From: Alicyclobacillus sp.
GTDB taxonomy: Bacteria; Bacillota; Bacilli; Alicyclobacillales; Alicyclobacillaceae
Assembly (NCBI RefSeq): GCF_023511815.1
Contig: NZ_JAIMAV010000002.1
Location: forward strand, 7,352-71,351
Direction of reading: 5' to 3'
DNA: 64,000 nucleotides
The notes under the pieces are model-generated. The model saw only the letters and a list, made by a program, of their open reading frames with translations. It ran no database searches and was not told the DNA's origin. The stretch's first letter is position 1. Every line of letters begins with the position of its first letter. The position numbers were made by a program, and so were the translations under genes. This document shows, piece by piece, positions 18,602-29,405 of this stretch.

Positions 18602-18952
18602 TCACCGCCCCCCTGTCCACGCTTCGTACTGGGCCCGGTCGAAGCCGACGATGATCCGGTCCCCGTCGACGAGGATCGGCCGCTTGATCAGCTTCCCGTC
18701 CTGTGCCAAAAGCCGGATCCACTCGTCCTCCGTCAGGGACCTGTCCTTCAGGCCCAGCTCGCGGTAGCGCGTACCCTGCCGATTGACGAACGGCGCGACC
18801 CCCTGTCCGAGAGCCTTCACCCACCGGCGAAGCTGCGCCTCGTCGGGCGGCCGCTCCACCAGGTCGTGAAAGGGCACCCGCACACCGCGCTCCTCCAAAA
18901 AGCGATAGGCGTTGCGGCAGGTCGAACAGCGGCGGTATCCGTAAAATTCCAT
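18602..18952 (-). CDS. ArsC/Spx/MgsR family protein (YusI/YffB-like)
   Basis: MEFYGYRRCSTCRNA...KRPILV pattern. AAGGAGA RBS. Its stop lies 1 nt from the thpR start. Confidence 0.85.
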   Translation of the reverse strand: MEFYGYRRCSTCRNAYRFLEERGVRVPFHDLVERPPDEAQLRRWVKALGQGVAPFVNRQGTRYRELGLKDRSLTEDEWIRLLAQDGKLIKRPILVDGDRIIVGFDRAQYEAWTGGR

Positions 18953-18983
18953 CCCCATTCTCCTTTCGTGCCACGACAGCCCG

Positions 18984-19487
18984 TCAGCGCGCGGGAAACT
19001 CGGTCGCGGCCGTGATGGCGGCGACCACCTTGCCCAACCCCTCCGCATCGGTGTCACGAAATCGCCCCGGCGTGGGACTGTCGATGTCGAGCACGCCAAT
19101 CAACCGGCCCCCCTGCACCATCGGGACGACGACCTCCGACCGCGATGCGGCGTCGCACGCGATGTGGCCCGGGAACTGCAGGACGTCGGGGACGACCACC
19201 GGAGCCCGCAGCTGGGCCGCCGTTCCACAGACCCCTTTGCCCATCGGAATCCGAATGCAGGCCGGCTTCCCCTGAAACGGCCCCAACACCAACTCCTGGT
19301 CCCGTTCCGACCAGAGATAAAATCCCACCCAATTGATGTCCGCCAAGTGCATGTTCAGCAGCGCGGAGACATTGGCCAGATTGGCGACGGCGTCCCGCTC
19401 GCCTTCCATCAGATGCGCGGCCTGGCGCGCCAATTCTCCGTAGAACGCCTCCGGTGTGCTGGCCTCGATGGCCGAAAACGTGTGCAT
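18984..19487 (-). CDS. GAF domain protein (free methionine-(R)-sulfoxide reductase-like, YtsP/MsrC family)
   Basis: WVGFYL...LVLGPFQGKPACIRIPMGKGVCGTAA...GHIACD...VLDIDS pattern. GAGGAGGAGGGG RBS. Confidence 0.85.
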   Translation of the reverse strand: MHTFSAIEASTPEAFYGELARQAAHLMEGERDAVANLANVSALLNMHLADINWVGFYLWSERDQELVLGPFQGKPACIRIPMGKGVCGTAAQLRAPVVVPDVLQFPGHIACDAASRSEVVVPMVQGGRLIGVLDIDSPTPGRFRDTDAEGLGKVVAAITAATEFPAR

Positions 19488-19602
19488 GGGTCCCCTCCTC
19501 CTCGGTGTCGCCGGGGCGCTGGCCGTCCCCAGGCGGACACGCATTTATAGTATAATCCATATGGTGTTTTCGACACGTTCGCTGGCGTCTGGAGGGATTC
19601 CG

Positions 19603-20973
19603 TTGTTCGGGCTGTGGATCGGCAAATGCACGGCGCTGCTTCTGCGCCTGGCGGGACGGCGCGCGACCAGCCTGCCCGGCAAGCTGGCGCTGCGCTTCTC
19701 CCCGCAGATCTTGTCCAAACTCGGCCGCCAGTTGGAGCGGTGCATCGTCGTGACGGGGACGAACGGCAAGACGACCACCGCCAACCTTCTGGCGGGCATG
19801 CTGCGCACGGAGGGGCCCCTCGTCCACAACGCCGAGGGCGCGAACATGACGCAGGGCCTGGTCAGTGCGCTGCTGGCGCACACCGACTGGTTCGGCCGGC
19901 TGCAGGTGAAAACCGCCGTCTTCGAGATCGACGAGGCGACCCTGCCCCAGGTGGCCCCCGACCTGCCCATCCGCGTGGTGGTGGTGACGAACGTCTTCCG
20001 GGATCAGCTGGATCGGTACGGGGAAGTCGACGGCACGCTGTCGAAATTGTTGACCGGAATCAAAAAGACGGACGCGATGCTGGTCCTCAACGCGGACGAT
20101 CCGCTGGCGCACCACATCGGCCTGACCAGCGGCCGCCGCTGCCAGTACTTCGGCCTCGCCCGCACCCACGCCGGTCCGCTGACTCGCCACGCCATGCGCG
20201 ACGGGGCGTTCTGCCTGTCCTGCGGCGAGCGGCTCCACTACGACGGACATTTCTTCGGCCAGCTCGGCCTCTACAAGTGCCCGAACTGCGACTTCATGCG
20301 TCCGATGCCGGATTTTTTGGGGCGCGTGGAACACGGCACCCTGGAGATTCAACAGAACAACCTCCCGCGGGTGCGATTTCAGCTGCCGACGCGCGGCATG
20401 TTCAACGTCTACAACGGCCTCGCGGCCATCAGCGCCGCGCGCGTGTACGGGCTGGACGCCCAGCGGATTGCCCGGGGGCTCGCCGCGTACCGGCCACCCA
20501 TCGGCCGGATGCAGGTGTTCTCCACCAGTCCGGTCAGCATGTTGAATCTGATCAAAAACCCGGCGGGGTGCGACAGTGTGCTCGAGGCGGTGTGCGCGGA
20601 GCCCGGCGACAAACTCCTGTGGATTGCCATCAACGACCAGGCGGCGGACGGCCGGGACGTCTCCTGGCTGTGGGACGCGGACTTTGAGCAGGTCGCGGAG
20701 GACCGGCGCATCCACACCGTGATCGCGAGCGGCATGCGGGCCGAGGACATGGCGCTGCGGCTGAAGTACGCCGGATTGCCGGTGGAGCGCCTGCGCGTCA
20801 TCCCGGACCTGGACGCGTCGCTTCAGGAGGCGTTCGCCATCAGCCGGCAGTACGGCGGCCTGCCCGTGCACTGTCTGGCGACCTACACGGCCCTGTACCC
20901 GACCGCGGAATGGCTGGAGAGGAGCGTGACCCCGGTTGTCCCACTCGCTGCGCATCGCCCATCTGTATCCTGA
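19603..20973 (+). CDS. murT: Lipid II isoglutaminyl synthase subunit MurT (Mur ligase family with DUF1727 C-terminus)
   Basis: VTGTNGKTTT P-loop, CxxC...CxxC zinc ribbon (CLSCGERL...CPNC), IKNPAG and DGRDVSWLWDADFE motifs. TTG at 19603 after GGAGGG. Confidence 0.9.
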   Translation: MFGLWIGKCTALLLRLAGRRATSLPGKLALRFSPQILSKLGRQLERCIVVTGTNGKTTTANLLAGMLRTEGPLVHNAEGANMTQGLVSALLAHTDWFGRLQVKTAVFEIDEATLPQVAPDLPIRVVVVTNVFRDQLDRYGEVDGTLSKLLTGIKKTDAMLVLNADDPLAHHIGLTSGRRCQYFGLARTHAGPLTRHAMRDGAFCLSCGERLHYDGHFFGQLGLYKCPNCDFMRPMPDFLGRVEHGTLEIQQNNLPRVRFQLPTRGMFNVYNGLAAISAARVYGLDAQRIARGLAAYRPPIGRMQVFSTSPVSMLNLIKNPAGCDSVLEAVCAEPGDKLLWIAINDQAADGRDVSWLWDADFEQVAEDRRIHTVIASGMRAEDMALRLKYAGLPVERLRVIPDLDASLQEAFAISRQYGGLPVHCLATYTALYPTAEWLERSVTPVVPLAAHRPSVS

Positions 20974-21676
20974 CCTGTTGAATCTGTACGCGGATCGCGG
21001 GAACATCCAGACGCTCCTCCGCCGCCTGCAATGGCGCGGCATTCCGGCCGAGGTCGTGGAGGTCGGCGCGGGCGATCCGCTGCGGCTGGCCGACTACCAT
21101 CTGGTATTGCTCGGAGGCGGTTCGGACCGCGAACAGGAGATTGTGGCGAGGACCCTGCGCACAGCCCGACAGGAGTGGGTGGACGCCGTGGAGGCGGGGC
21201 TGCCCGTCCTGGCGGTGTGCGGGGGGTATCAGCTGCTCGGGGAATTTTATCAGCTTCCGGACGGGGAAAAGATCCCCGGACTGGCCCTGCTGGACCTGGA
21301 GACGGTGGCGGGAGAGCCGCGGCTCATCGGCAATATCGCCATCGAGTCCCCCGTCTGCGGCACCATCGTTGGATTCGAGAACCACGGGGGCAGGACTCGG
21401 CACCGGCACGAGCCGCTCGGGCGCGTGATCCGCGGCCACGGCAACAATGGGGAGGACGGCCTGGAGGGCGTGCGCTACCGCAACGTCTTCGGAACCTATA
21501 TTCACGGCCCGCTGCTGCCGAAAAACCCGCGCCTGGCCGACTGGATCCTGGAGACCGCCCTCGCGTACGCCGGGATGCCGTCCGCCCTGGAACCCCTGCC
21601 GGACGAGCTGGAGATTGCGGCGCACGAGGCATTTCTCGACCGCCGCATTCGCCAGCCGGATCCCGCCCGCGCCTGA
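20936..21676 (+). CDS. gatD: Glutamine amidotransferase GatD (CobB/CobQ-like, MurT partner)
   Basis: LLGGGSDREQ, AVCGGYQLLG (catalytic Cys) and GTYIHGPLLPKNP motifs. Overlaps the murT 3' end by 38 nt. Confidence 0.9.
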   Translation: MSHSLRIAHLYPDLLNLYADRGNIQTLLRRLQWRGIPAEVVEVGAGDPLRLADYHLVLLGGGSDREQEIVARTLRTARQEWVDAVEAGLPVLAVCGGYQLLGEFYQLPDGEKIPGLALLDLETVAGEPRLIGNIAIESPVCGTIVGFENHGGRTRHRHEPLGRVIRGHGNNGEDGLEGVRYRNVFGTYIHGPLLPKNPRLADWILETALAYAGMPSALEPLPDELEIAAHEAFLDRRIRQPDPARA

Positions 21677-21705
21677 CCCGGGCGCGGGCCTATCCACGCA
21701 TCCGG

Positions 21706-22509
21706 TCAAAAGCCGTACACGCTCATTCCGCCGTCGACGAACAGCGTGTGCCCATTCACATAACTCGACGCGTCGGAGGCGAGAAACACCACCGGTCCAA
21801 TCAACTCCGTGACCTCCCCGACGCGCCCCAGCGGCGTCCTGTCCAACACGTCCCGGAGATACGCCGGGTCGGCGAGCAACGGATCCGTCAGCGGTGTGCG
21901 AAAATACCATGGCGCGATCCCGTTGACGCGCACCCCGTGCGGCCCCCACTCCAGGGCCAGCACCTTCGTCATCTGGATGACACCCGCCTTGGCGGCCGCG
22001 TAGGCCACCCCCGTCCGCAGCGCCACGTGGCCGCCGACCGAGGAGACGTTGATGATGCTGCCCCGCCCCCGTGCCACCATCCCGCGGCCGACTTCCTGAG
22101 CCATGAAAAAGGCCCCTTTCAGGTCGGTGTCCACGACCGTCTGCCAGTCCGCCTCCGAGGTCTCCAACGCCTTTTTTCGGATGTTGAGCCCCGCGTTGTT
22201 GACCAGGACGTCGACGGGACCCTCGTCCTCCACCGCGGCCACACAACGACGGACCGACGCCGTGTCGCGAACGTCGCACCGATGCACGCTGACTGCGGCC
22301 GACGGCCTGGCCTGGCGCACCAGATCCGCCGTCTCCGCCAGCGCCGCTTCGTCACGGCCCACCAACGCCACGTCGGCGCCGGCGCGCGCCAACCCGATTG
22401 CGACCGTCCGCCCGATGCCCCGGCTGGCGCCGGTCACGATGGCTCGGCGGCCCGCCAGTCCGAAGGCCCGCTCCACTTCCCAAGATGTCTCCGTGGTTCT
22501 GTCTGTCAT
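21706..22509 (-). CDS. SDR family oxidoreductase
   Basis: TGASRGIG, NNAG and YAAAKAG (YxxxK) motifs. GGAGGGA RBS. Confidence 0.9.
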   Translation of the reverse strand: MTDRTTETSWEVERAFGLAGRRAIVTGASRGIGRTVAIGLARAGADVALVGRDEAALAETADLVRQARPSAAVSVHRCDVRDTASVRRCVAAVEDEGPVDVLVNNAGLNIRKKALETSEADWQTVVDTDLKGAFFMAQEVGRGMVARGRGSIINVSSVGGHVALRTGVAYAAAKAGVIQMTKVLALEWGPHGVRVNGIAPWYFRTPLTDPLLADPAYLRDVLDRTPLGRVGEVTELIGPVVFLASDASSYVNGHTLFVDGGMSVYGF

Positions 22510-22544
22510 GCTGTCCCTCCGTGTCCTCATCACCCACCGAGCCC

Positions 22545-23273
22545 TCAGACCCGCGGGTCTTTGGGATGCGCCAAACGCCGGCGCACGTCCCCAATCACCT
22601 CACCCTGCCGGTTGACCCCCAGATAGGTGACATCCTCGAGCGATCGCCCGCCCAACCGGCGCACCTGTTCCATCACCCATGCCTCATCCCGGCCCGTCTC
22701 CCGCAGTTTGTCCCGGTCCAATTCCCCATCCACAACCAGCTCCACATACGGCCCCTGGCCCCGGTCGGAGAGATCCGGCCCCTTGACCAAATCGGCCTTG
22801 GAGGCGGATTGGGATTCCTGCGTCGGCAGGATGCTCAGATTCCCGGTCGGCTCCAGGATGGCGTATTCGATGTCTCCGTAGGAAAAATACCCTTTTTCGC
22901 GCAGGAGCATCATGAGGACGTCCAGGTTGACCTTCGTTCGCTTCAAATTCTCCCGCAGAATGGTCCCCTTGTGGATCAGCACCACCGGTTCCCCGCCCGC
23001 GACGCGGCGGAAGCCCCGCACCTTCAGCGCCAGGGTCGCCGCCAACACCGTCGCCGCCGTGAACACGACCAGGCTGTAGCACGCGGCCACCCAGTCCCGG
23101 GTGTTCCCGGCGCCGATCATGTTCGCGGCCAGATTGCCCATGCTCGCTCCGGCCACCCAGTTGAAGAAGGTCAACTGCGTCAGCTGAGTGCTTCCGATCC
23201 ACCGCACCAGGCCCAGTAGCACCGCGAAGGTCACCAGGGTGCTGACGGTCAAATACCCCCACGCCACGTGCAT
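22545..23273 (-). CDS. DUF421 (YetF-like) membrane protein
   Basis: N-terminal TM segments with TQLTQLTFFNWV, then LIHKGTILRENLKRTKVNLDVLMMLLREKGYFSYGDIEYAILEPTGNLSI. Start uncertain (23273, 23312 or 23321). Confidence 0.8.
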   Translation of the reverse strand: MHVAWGYLTVSTLVTFAVLLGLVRWIGSTQLTQLTFFNWVAGASMGNLAANMIGAGNTRDWVAACYSLVVFTAATVLAATLALKVRGFRRVAGGEPVVLIHKGTILRENLKRTKVNLDVLMMLLREKGYFSYGDIEYAILEPTGNLSILPTQESQSASKADLVKGPDLSDRGQGPYVELVVDGELDRDKLRETGRDEAWVMEQVRRLGGRSLEDVTYLGVNRQGEVIGDVRRRLAHPKDPRV

Positions 23274-23363
23274 GCGCGCGCACACCTCCGTCCGGACGGC
23301 CTCTGACGCCATCCGCACCAAGGCTAGCGTGCGCAGGGGAATGCCTCGACAAACGCCAAAGGC

Positions 23364-23726
23364 TCAGCGCCGTGGTACCACCCCAACCGTGCAGCGCGAG
23401 ACGCAGACGAGGCGTCCCTCCTCGTCGCAGATGCGGATATCCCACACCATGGTCGTGCGCCCCTTGTGCAGCGGGGTGGCCGTCGCCGTCACCACGCCAT
23501 CTTTTTTCGAGCGGACGTGATTCGCGTTGATTTCAATCCCGACCGCCGCCTGGCGCTCCTGGTCGATGTTCAGCCAGGTGCCGATGCTGGCCGCCGTCTC
23601 CGCCAACGCCACCGACGCCCCGCCGTGCAGCAGACCGAACGGTTGATGCGTCGGACCGGCCACCGGCATGCGCATCACCACCTTGTCCTTGTCCAACTCC
23701 ACCGTCTCAATGCCGAGGGCCTCCAT
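23364..23726 (-). CDS. PaaI-family hotdog-fold thioesterase
   Basis: QPFGLLHGGASVALAET motif. ATG overlaps the upstream stop (TGATG). Confidence 0.85.
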   Translation of the reverse strand: MEALGIETVELDKDKVVMRMPVAGPTHQPFGLLHGGASVALAETAASIGTWLNIDQERQAAVGIEINANHVRSKKDGVVTATATPLHKGRTTMVWDIRICDEEGRLVCVSRCTVGVVPRR

Positions 23727-24520
23727 CAGCGTGTCAGCCAACTGCGGATCTCCTCCTCGTCCATCCAGGCGAGCGAATCGACCGTCCGCCCGGAGGGGAT
23801 GTATTCCAAGCCAACCATTCCATCGTATCCCATTCGACCGAGAGCGGCGAGCACATTCGCATAGTGAATCTCGCCGGTGCCCGGTTCGTGCCTGCCCGGG
23901 TTGTCCGCAATCTGAACGTGTCCCACGAACCGCTCCACGGCCCGGAAGGTCGCCAGCAACTCTCCCTGGCTTCGCTGCACGTGGTAAAAATCGAATTGCA
24001 ACCGGACGTTGTCGCGCCCGACCGCCTCCAGCAGCGCGACGGCCCGTCCGATGTTCGGCAGCGCAAACCGGGGCATGTCCATCTCGTTGCAGGCCTCGAC
24101 CATCACGGTGCGTCCGAAGCGCCCCAGGATGTCCGCCGCGTACCGCACCCGCTCCACCAACACCGGCCACACCGCTTCCGGTGCGCTTCCCTCCGGGACA
24201 CGACCCGCCAGGCAGTGAAGTTTCGAACATCCGAGCGCCTCGGCGTACCGCAGCGCTTGCTCGACGCTCTCCTCGAACGCCTGTTGGCGATCCGGGTCAC
24301 AGGCCATCCCGCGGTCACCGGCCGCCCAGTCACCCGGCGGAAGGTTGAAAAGGACCACCTCCACGCCGGCCTCGTGGACCGCGTGCCGGACATCCTCCGG
24401 CGGGTGGTCGTACGGAAACTGAAACTCCACGGCCCGAAACCCCGCCCGGCGCGCCGCCGCGAACCGTTCGAGAAACGGCACCTCCTGAAACATCAGGGAC
24501 AGGTTTGGGACTGCGCGCAC
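23726..24520 (-). CDS. hyi: Hydroxypyruvate isomerase family TIM-barrel protein
   Basis: Colinear with remembered E. coli Hyi (NLSLMF, GFRAVEF.FPYD, LPPGDWAAGDRGMAC, QIADNPGRHEPGTGEI.Y). GTG at 24520 after AAGGAG. Confidence 0.85.
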   Translation of the reverse strand: MRAVPNLSLMFQEVPFLERFAAARRAGFRAVEFQFPYDHPPEDVRHAVHEAGVEVVLFNLPPGDWAAGDRGMACDPDRQQAFEESVEQALRYAEALGCSKLHCLAGRVPEGSAPEAVWPVLVERVRYAADILGRFGRTVMVEACNEMDMPRFALPNIGRAVALLEAVGRDNVRLQFDFYHVQRSQGELLATFRAVERFVGHVQIADNPGRHEPGTGEIHYANVLAALGRMGYDGMVGLEYIPSGRTVDSLAWMDEEEIRSWLTR

Positions 24521-24684
24521 ACCCCTCGCTCCTTTCCACAGCGGGAACAGCCACCCGCCCCCGCGGGTGGCTGCTCTCCTCCCGTGCACCCGTCATCCGG
24601 GCCGATGGGTCCGGCACCCGCATCGGATCGGCCGCGTCTCGCCAAAACCGAACCCGGGTGCCCGGCCCCCCTTTGCCGGATGGC

Positions 24685-26640
24685 TCAATCGTTCTCCTTG
24701 TAGAGCTTTTTCAGCTCCTCAATCACGCTCGGATCCGCCAATGTGGTGGTGTCCCCCACCACACGTCCCTCCGCGATGTCCCGCAGGAGGCGGCGCATGA
24801 TCTTCGCGCTGCGGGTCTTCGGCAGCTCCGCCGTGAAGATGATCTCCTCCGGCCGGGCGAGCGCACCAATCTTGTCGACCACGTGCTGTTTGAGATCCTG
24901 GACCAGCGCCTCGTCCGCCGCGACGCCCTCCTTCACGGTCACAAAAGCGGTGATGGCCTGCCCCTTGACCTCGTGGGACCGGCCGATGACCGCGGCCTCC
25001 GCGACGGCCGGGTGATCCACCAGGGCGCTCTCCACCTCCATCGTCCCGATGCGGTGGCCGGAGACGTTGATCACGTCGTCGATGCGCCCGAGCACCCAGA
25101 AGTAACCGTCCTCATCCACCTTGGCGCCGTCGCCGGCGAGATAGATGCCCGGGAACCGGCCGAAGTACGAACGGCGGAACCGCTCGTCGTCTCCCCAGAT
25201 GGTGCGCATCATCGACGGCCAGGGCCTGGTGATGACCAGGTACCCGCCCTGACCGGGGCCCACCGGCTGGCCGTCCTCGTCCACCACCGCCGCCGAGATC
25301 CCGGGCACGGGGCGGGTCGCCGAGCCCGGTTTGGTCGCGACGAGCCCGGGCAACGGAGCGATCATCGCACACCCGGTCTCCGTCTGCCACCAGGTGTCGA
25401 CGATGGGTACCCGACCTTTGCCGATGTGTTCGTGATACCACATCCACGCCTCCGGGTTGATGGGTTCGCCAACGGATCCCATCAGACGGATGGAGGACAG
25501 GTCGTATTTCGCCGGGATCTCCGGCCCCCATTTCATGAACGTCCGGATGGACGTCGGCGCGGTGTAGAAGATGGTCGCGCCGTACTTCTCGACGATTTCC
25601 CAGAACCGCCCGCGATGCGGCCAATCGGGCGCGCCCTCATACAGGATGACCGTCGCCCCCGCCGTCAACGGCCCGTACACGATGTAGGTGTGTCCCGTCA
25701 CCCAGCCGATGTCGGCGGTGCAGAAGAACACGTCGGTATCCTTCAGGTCAAAGACCGTCCGCATGGAGGTGTTCGCGCCGACCAGGTACCCGCCGGTGCT
25801 GTGCACGATGCCCTTCGGCTTCCCCGTCGTGCCGGAGGTGTACAGCAGGAACAGCACGTCCTCGGCGTCCATCGGCTCCGCCGGGTACGGGGTCTTTGGC
25901 ATCTGCGCGGCCAACTCGTCCCAGTACAGGTCGCGGCCGGGCGTCATCTGCGCCCCCGAGGCTTCGCCCACCCGGCGGACGACGAGCACCTTCTCCACCG
26001 GGGTTTCCGCCACCGCCTCATCCGCATTCGCCTTGAGCGGCACGAGTCCCCCGCGCCGCCAGCCGGCGTCCGCCGTGATGAGCACGCGGGCGTCCGCGTC
26101 GAGAATCCGCTCCCGCAGCGCCTTGGCCGAAAAGCCGCCGAACACCACGGAGTGAATGGCCCCGATCTTGGCACACACCAGGATGGAGATGGCCAGCTCC
26201 GGGATCATCGGCAGGTAGATGGTCACCCGGTCCCCTTTGCGGACCCCCAGGTGATGGAGCATGTGCGCGGCGCGATCCACCTCGCGCCCCAGCATATCGT
26301 ACGTCAGCACGCGGCTGTCGCCCGGTTCGCCCTCCCACACGATGGCCGCCTTGTTCTTGCGCGGACCCTCCCGGTGCCGGTCCACCGCGTTGTACGCGGC
26401 GTTCAGCTTGCCGCCGAGGAACCATTTCGCGTGCGGAGGATCCCACTCCAACACCTTCGTGAAGGGTTCGAACCAGGTCAGGTTCTGCGCCTGTTCCGCC
26501 CAGTACGCCTCCGGATCGGCGGCGGCCCGCTCGTAGATGCCGGGATCGTTGAAATTGGCCTGCGCCCTGAAGGCCTCCGACGGCGGAAACACGCGATTCT
26601 CCTGCAACAGCGCGTCCAGCTTGTTCGATTCCGCGGACAC
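24685..26640 (-). CDS. acsA: Acetyl-CoA synthetase (AMP-forming)
   Basis: [40 protein letters not shown] and [12 protein letters not shown] motifs. GTG at 26640 with AGAGGAG RBS gives a typical 651 aa. Confidence 0.92.
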   Translation of the reverse strand: MSAESNKLDALLQENRVFPPSEAFRAQANFNDPGIYERAAADPEAYWAEQAQNLTWFEPFTKVLEWDPPHAKWFLGGKLNAAYNAVDRHREGPRKNKAAIVWEGEPGDSRVLTYDMLGREVDRAAHMLHHLGVRKGDRVTIYLPMIPELAISILVCAKIGAIHSVVFGGFSAKALRERILDADARVLITADAGWRRGGLVPLKANADEAVAETPVEKVLVVRRVGEASGAQMTPGRDLYWDELAAQMPKTPYPAEPMDAEDVLFLLYTSGTTGKPKGIVHSTGGYLVGANTSMRTVFDLKDTDVFFCTADIGWVTGHTYIVYGPLTAGATVILYEGAPDWPHRGRFWEIVEKYGATIFYTAPTSIRTFMKWGPEIPAKYDLSSIRLMGSVGEPINPEAWMWYHEHIGKGRVPIVDTWWQTETGCAMIAPLPGLVATKPGSATRPVPGISAAVVDEDGQPVGPGQGGYLVITRPWPSMMRTIWGDDERFRRSYFGRFPGIYLAGDGAKVDEDGYFWVLGRIDDVINVSGHRIGTMEVESALVDHPAVAEAAVIGRSHEVKGQAITAFVTVKEGVAADEALVQDLKQHVVDKIGALARPEEIIFTAELPKTRSAKIMRRLLRDIAEGRVVGDTTTLADPSVIEELKKLYKEND

Positions 26641-27009
26641 GGCAAACGCTCCTCTCTTCCTCCGCCCTCCGTTCCTGATCCGGGGGGTGCGCCCCAAGCG
26701 CCGCGGCGCAACCGCTTTCACCCTCGCGCCGGCCGCCCGCGCCGCCACCGCAGCGAGGCGTCCCGCGTGATCCGACGGCCCCTGCCGCGGACCGCAGGCC
26801 ACCGGAAAGACGGAAACTTTCTGTACAATCGTCTCTAGCATATCACATGCCAGCCTTGATATGCCAGATCCACACCGGCCCCCCTGAACCTCGAGGATTC
26901 CGCATCCTTCAACCGCCTTCCGCCCGCACGAAGGTGACAAGCACCTTCGAATGAGCGAAGAACCGAGGATTCCACGCCCTGCAACCGCGTCTCGCCCCGT
27001 CCCGCCGGG

Positions 27010-27984
27010 TCAGTACTGACGTTCCAGATCCACGACGCCCTCCAAGGGCCGTCCGTCGCACCAAGCACGCAGATTGCGCAGAAACACGGCGGTGACGTCG
27101 TCCACCTCACTCGGCCCGGACAGATGCGGGGTCACATACACGCCCGACATCCGCCAGAACGGATGTCCGGTGGGAAGCGGTTCCGTCTCGAACACATCGA
27201 GAATCGCGGCCCCAAGATGACCGGATTCCAGCGCGTGGATGAGATCCGCTTCTCGGATCAGCGCCCCGCGTCCCACGTTGACCACCGCCGCCCCCGGCCG
27301 AAGCCGCGACAGGACGCGATCGCCCACGATGTGCCGGGTCTCGTCCGTCAGCGGCAGGGTCAGCACGAGGACATCGAGCCCCGCGGCGAAGTCCTCCCAA
27401 TCATCCGGGCCGAAGTGCTCGTCCACGATGTCCGCGCGCTCGCCGCTGCGGCTCAATCCCCGCACCGGCATGTGAAACGCCCGTCCCAGGCGAACCACCG
27501 CCTGGCCGATGGCCCCGAGCCCGGCGACCCCCAGCCGCCGCCCCCGCAGCGTCCCGGGGACAAATGGATCCCACCGCCCATCCCGCTGCGCCCGCCGCAT
27601 CCGCTCCACGCCCTTGAAATGATGGAGCAAAAAGGCGAACACGTACTCGGCGATGGGAACCCCGAACGGGCCGACGACCCGGGTGACCACGACCCCTGGT
27701 GGGATCAGGTGACGGGCGGCGCAAAGATCGTCCACACCGGCCCCCATGGATTGAATCCAGGTCAGCCGCCCGGCGGATGAAAGCAGGCGCACGGGCACGC
27801 GCCACCCGAACAGCACCTCCGCCTCGGGCAGATGCTCCGCCGCCTCCCGCTCGTCGGATGCCACCCGGATCCGCGTCAGACCGGCGGATCGCAGGCGGTC
27901 CGCATACGCCCGCGCCTGATGGGGACGGGGTTCGTAGACGAGAATCACAGGGTCCGATGAACGCTCGCGAGCCGGCATCGTCAT
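27010..27984 (-). CDS. D-isomer-specific 2-hydroxyacid dehydrogenase (NAD-binding)
   Basis: GVAGLGAIGQAV, NVGRG and ILDVFETEPLP...TPHLSG motifs. Confidence 0.88.
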   Translation of the reverse strand: MTMPARERSSDPVILVYEPRPHQARAYADRLRSAGLTRIRVASDEREAAEHLPEAEVLFGWRVPVRLLSSAGRLTWIQSMGAGVDDLCAARHLIPPGVVVTRVVGPFGVPIAEYVFAFLLHHFKGVERMRRAQRDGRWDPFVPGTLRGRRLGVAGLGAIGQAVVRLGRAFHMPVRGLSRSGERADIVDEHFGPDDWEDFAAGLDVLVLTLPLTDETRHIVGDRVLSRLRPGAAVVNVGRGALIREADLIHALESGHLGAAILDVFETEPLPTGHPFWRMSGVYVTPHLSGPSEVDDVTAVFLRNLRAWCDGRPLEGVVDLERQY

Positions 27985-27987
27985 GGG

Positions 27988-29325
27988 TCAGGTCCCCCTT
28001 TCAACAGAATGTACCGGCGCCTGGCGCCGTTTCAGCACCACATGTTCGAGCAGAAGGACGAGCCCCACTCCGACAATCAGCCCGTTGTCGAGCAGATACG
28101 CGAGCACCGGGGGCAGGCCCGCCCAGGCCTGGCTCGGGATGAAAAAGACGCCGACCCCCGCCATCACGGACAGGGTGACGACGAACAGGTCGCGCTGGTC
28201 GAGCGCCAGCGCCTGAAAATCCTTGAGTCCAAAGCCGAGCAGCTGCCCGAACACTGTGAACAGGGCCGCGTACCCCACCGACTCGGGCAGGGTGGACAGC
28301 GCGTGTCCGACGGCGGGCACCAGCCCGAGCAGGGTCAGCGCGAAGGCGGCGATGAGAAACGGCAGCCGCGAGGCCACCCCGGTCAACGCGACCAGGCTGG
28401 CTGAGGTGGACAGCGGCACCATGCCCACCGTGCCGAACATTCCGGCCATCAGCGTCCCCGCGCCCGACACCAGCGTCCCTCGCCTCAGGCCGCGTTCGTC
28501 GACCGGTTGGCGGGCGGCCTGAACCATCACCTGCACCGATGAGACCACGTTGGAGAGCAGGATCACCATCGTCAGCATACCGGTCAGCACAATGCCGCTG
28601 TGCCAACTGGGCGTCCCGAACGGGAACCACGCGGGCAAGGCCACCCACGCCTCCGTCCGCGGACCGGGGTTTGTCCACCCGAGCAACCCGTAGAGTGCCC
28701 AGCCCACCCCCAGCGTCACCAGCACCGAGAGACTTCGCCACAGCCCTCTCCCCCGCACCGTGAGCCAGACCGACAGCCCGACGAGTCCGACGGAGATCGC
28801 CGCCTGCAACGGCTGGACCCGGCCCGTCGCCGAGACGCCGAGCATTCCGCCGAGCAGGGACTGGGCCAGCTGCAGGGCGAGCAGCGTCATGAACGTCCCC
28901 GTGACGGCCGGGGTGAACCATCGCTGAACACGCGCCATCCAGCCGAACCCGGCCAGCACCAGATACACCAGCGCGGCCAGGCACAGCGCCAGCTCGAGAT
29001 CGCGCAACAGGCCGTCGATGGACGCCCCCTGCTCCCGTGTGATCTGAATCAGCACTACCCACACCCCCCACCACATGCCGGCCGGACCTTCGATGATCGG
29101 CAGCCGATGGCCGACCGTCACCTGCAGCAGGGTGATCACGCCGCTGACGAAAAACGTGCGATCGACAAATGCGCTGGCCTCCGCGGGTGAGAGCCCCAGC
29201 TGCGCACCGAGAACCACCGGGACGGTGACCACGCTGGCCAGCATGAACATCAACCACTGAACGGCGGCCAGCGCCGTCACGGCAGCGCCCGGCCGCTCTG
29301 CGAGAGCAAAAAAACGCCCTTCCAC
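27988..29325 (-). CDS. NCS2-like (xanthine/uracil permease superfamily) transporter, divergent
   Basis: About 12 TM segments. PFGTPSW...GTLMAGMFGTVGMVPLSTSASLVALTGVASR resembles the NCS2 signature region. GTG at 29325 after AAGGGAGGGG. The rest of the 825-aa track ORF is run-on. Confidence 0.75.
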   Translation of the reverse strand: MEGRFFALAERPGAAVTALAAVQWLMFMLASVVTVPVVLGAQLGLSPAEASAFVDRTFFVSGVITLLQVTVGHRLPIIEGPAGMWWGVWVVLIQITREQGASIDGLLRDLELALCLAALVYLVLAGFGWMARVQRWFTPAVTGTFMTLLALQLAQSLLGGMLGVSATGRVQPLQAAISVGLVGLSVWLTVRGRGLWRSLSVLVTLGVGWALYGLLGWTNPGPRTEAWVALPAWFPFGTPSWHSGIVLTGMLTMVILLSNVVSSVQVMVQAARQPVDERGLRRGTLVSGAGTLMAGMFGTVGMVPLSTSASLVALTGVASRLPFLIAAFALTLLGLVPAVGHALSTLPESVGYAALFTVFGQLLGFGLKDFQALALDQRDLFVVTLSVMAGVGVFFIPSQAWAGLPPVLAYLLDNGLIVGVGLVLLLEHVVLKRRQAPVHSVERGT

Positions 29326-29405
29326 CGCATCCCCTCCCTTCGGCTGCCAAACGGGCGGATCCAAGGACGAGTTCTGCATTATACTGGACGTTGGCGCGCC
29401 GGACG

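Noticed and set aside
26800-26880. Sigma-54-like TGGCA motifs (CTGGCATATCAAGGCTGGCATG on the minus strand) upstream of acsA
   Set aside because: Spacing and the -12 element do not fit TGGCAC-N5-TTGCW. The repeat of TGGCAT is part of the inverted repeat already reported.
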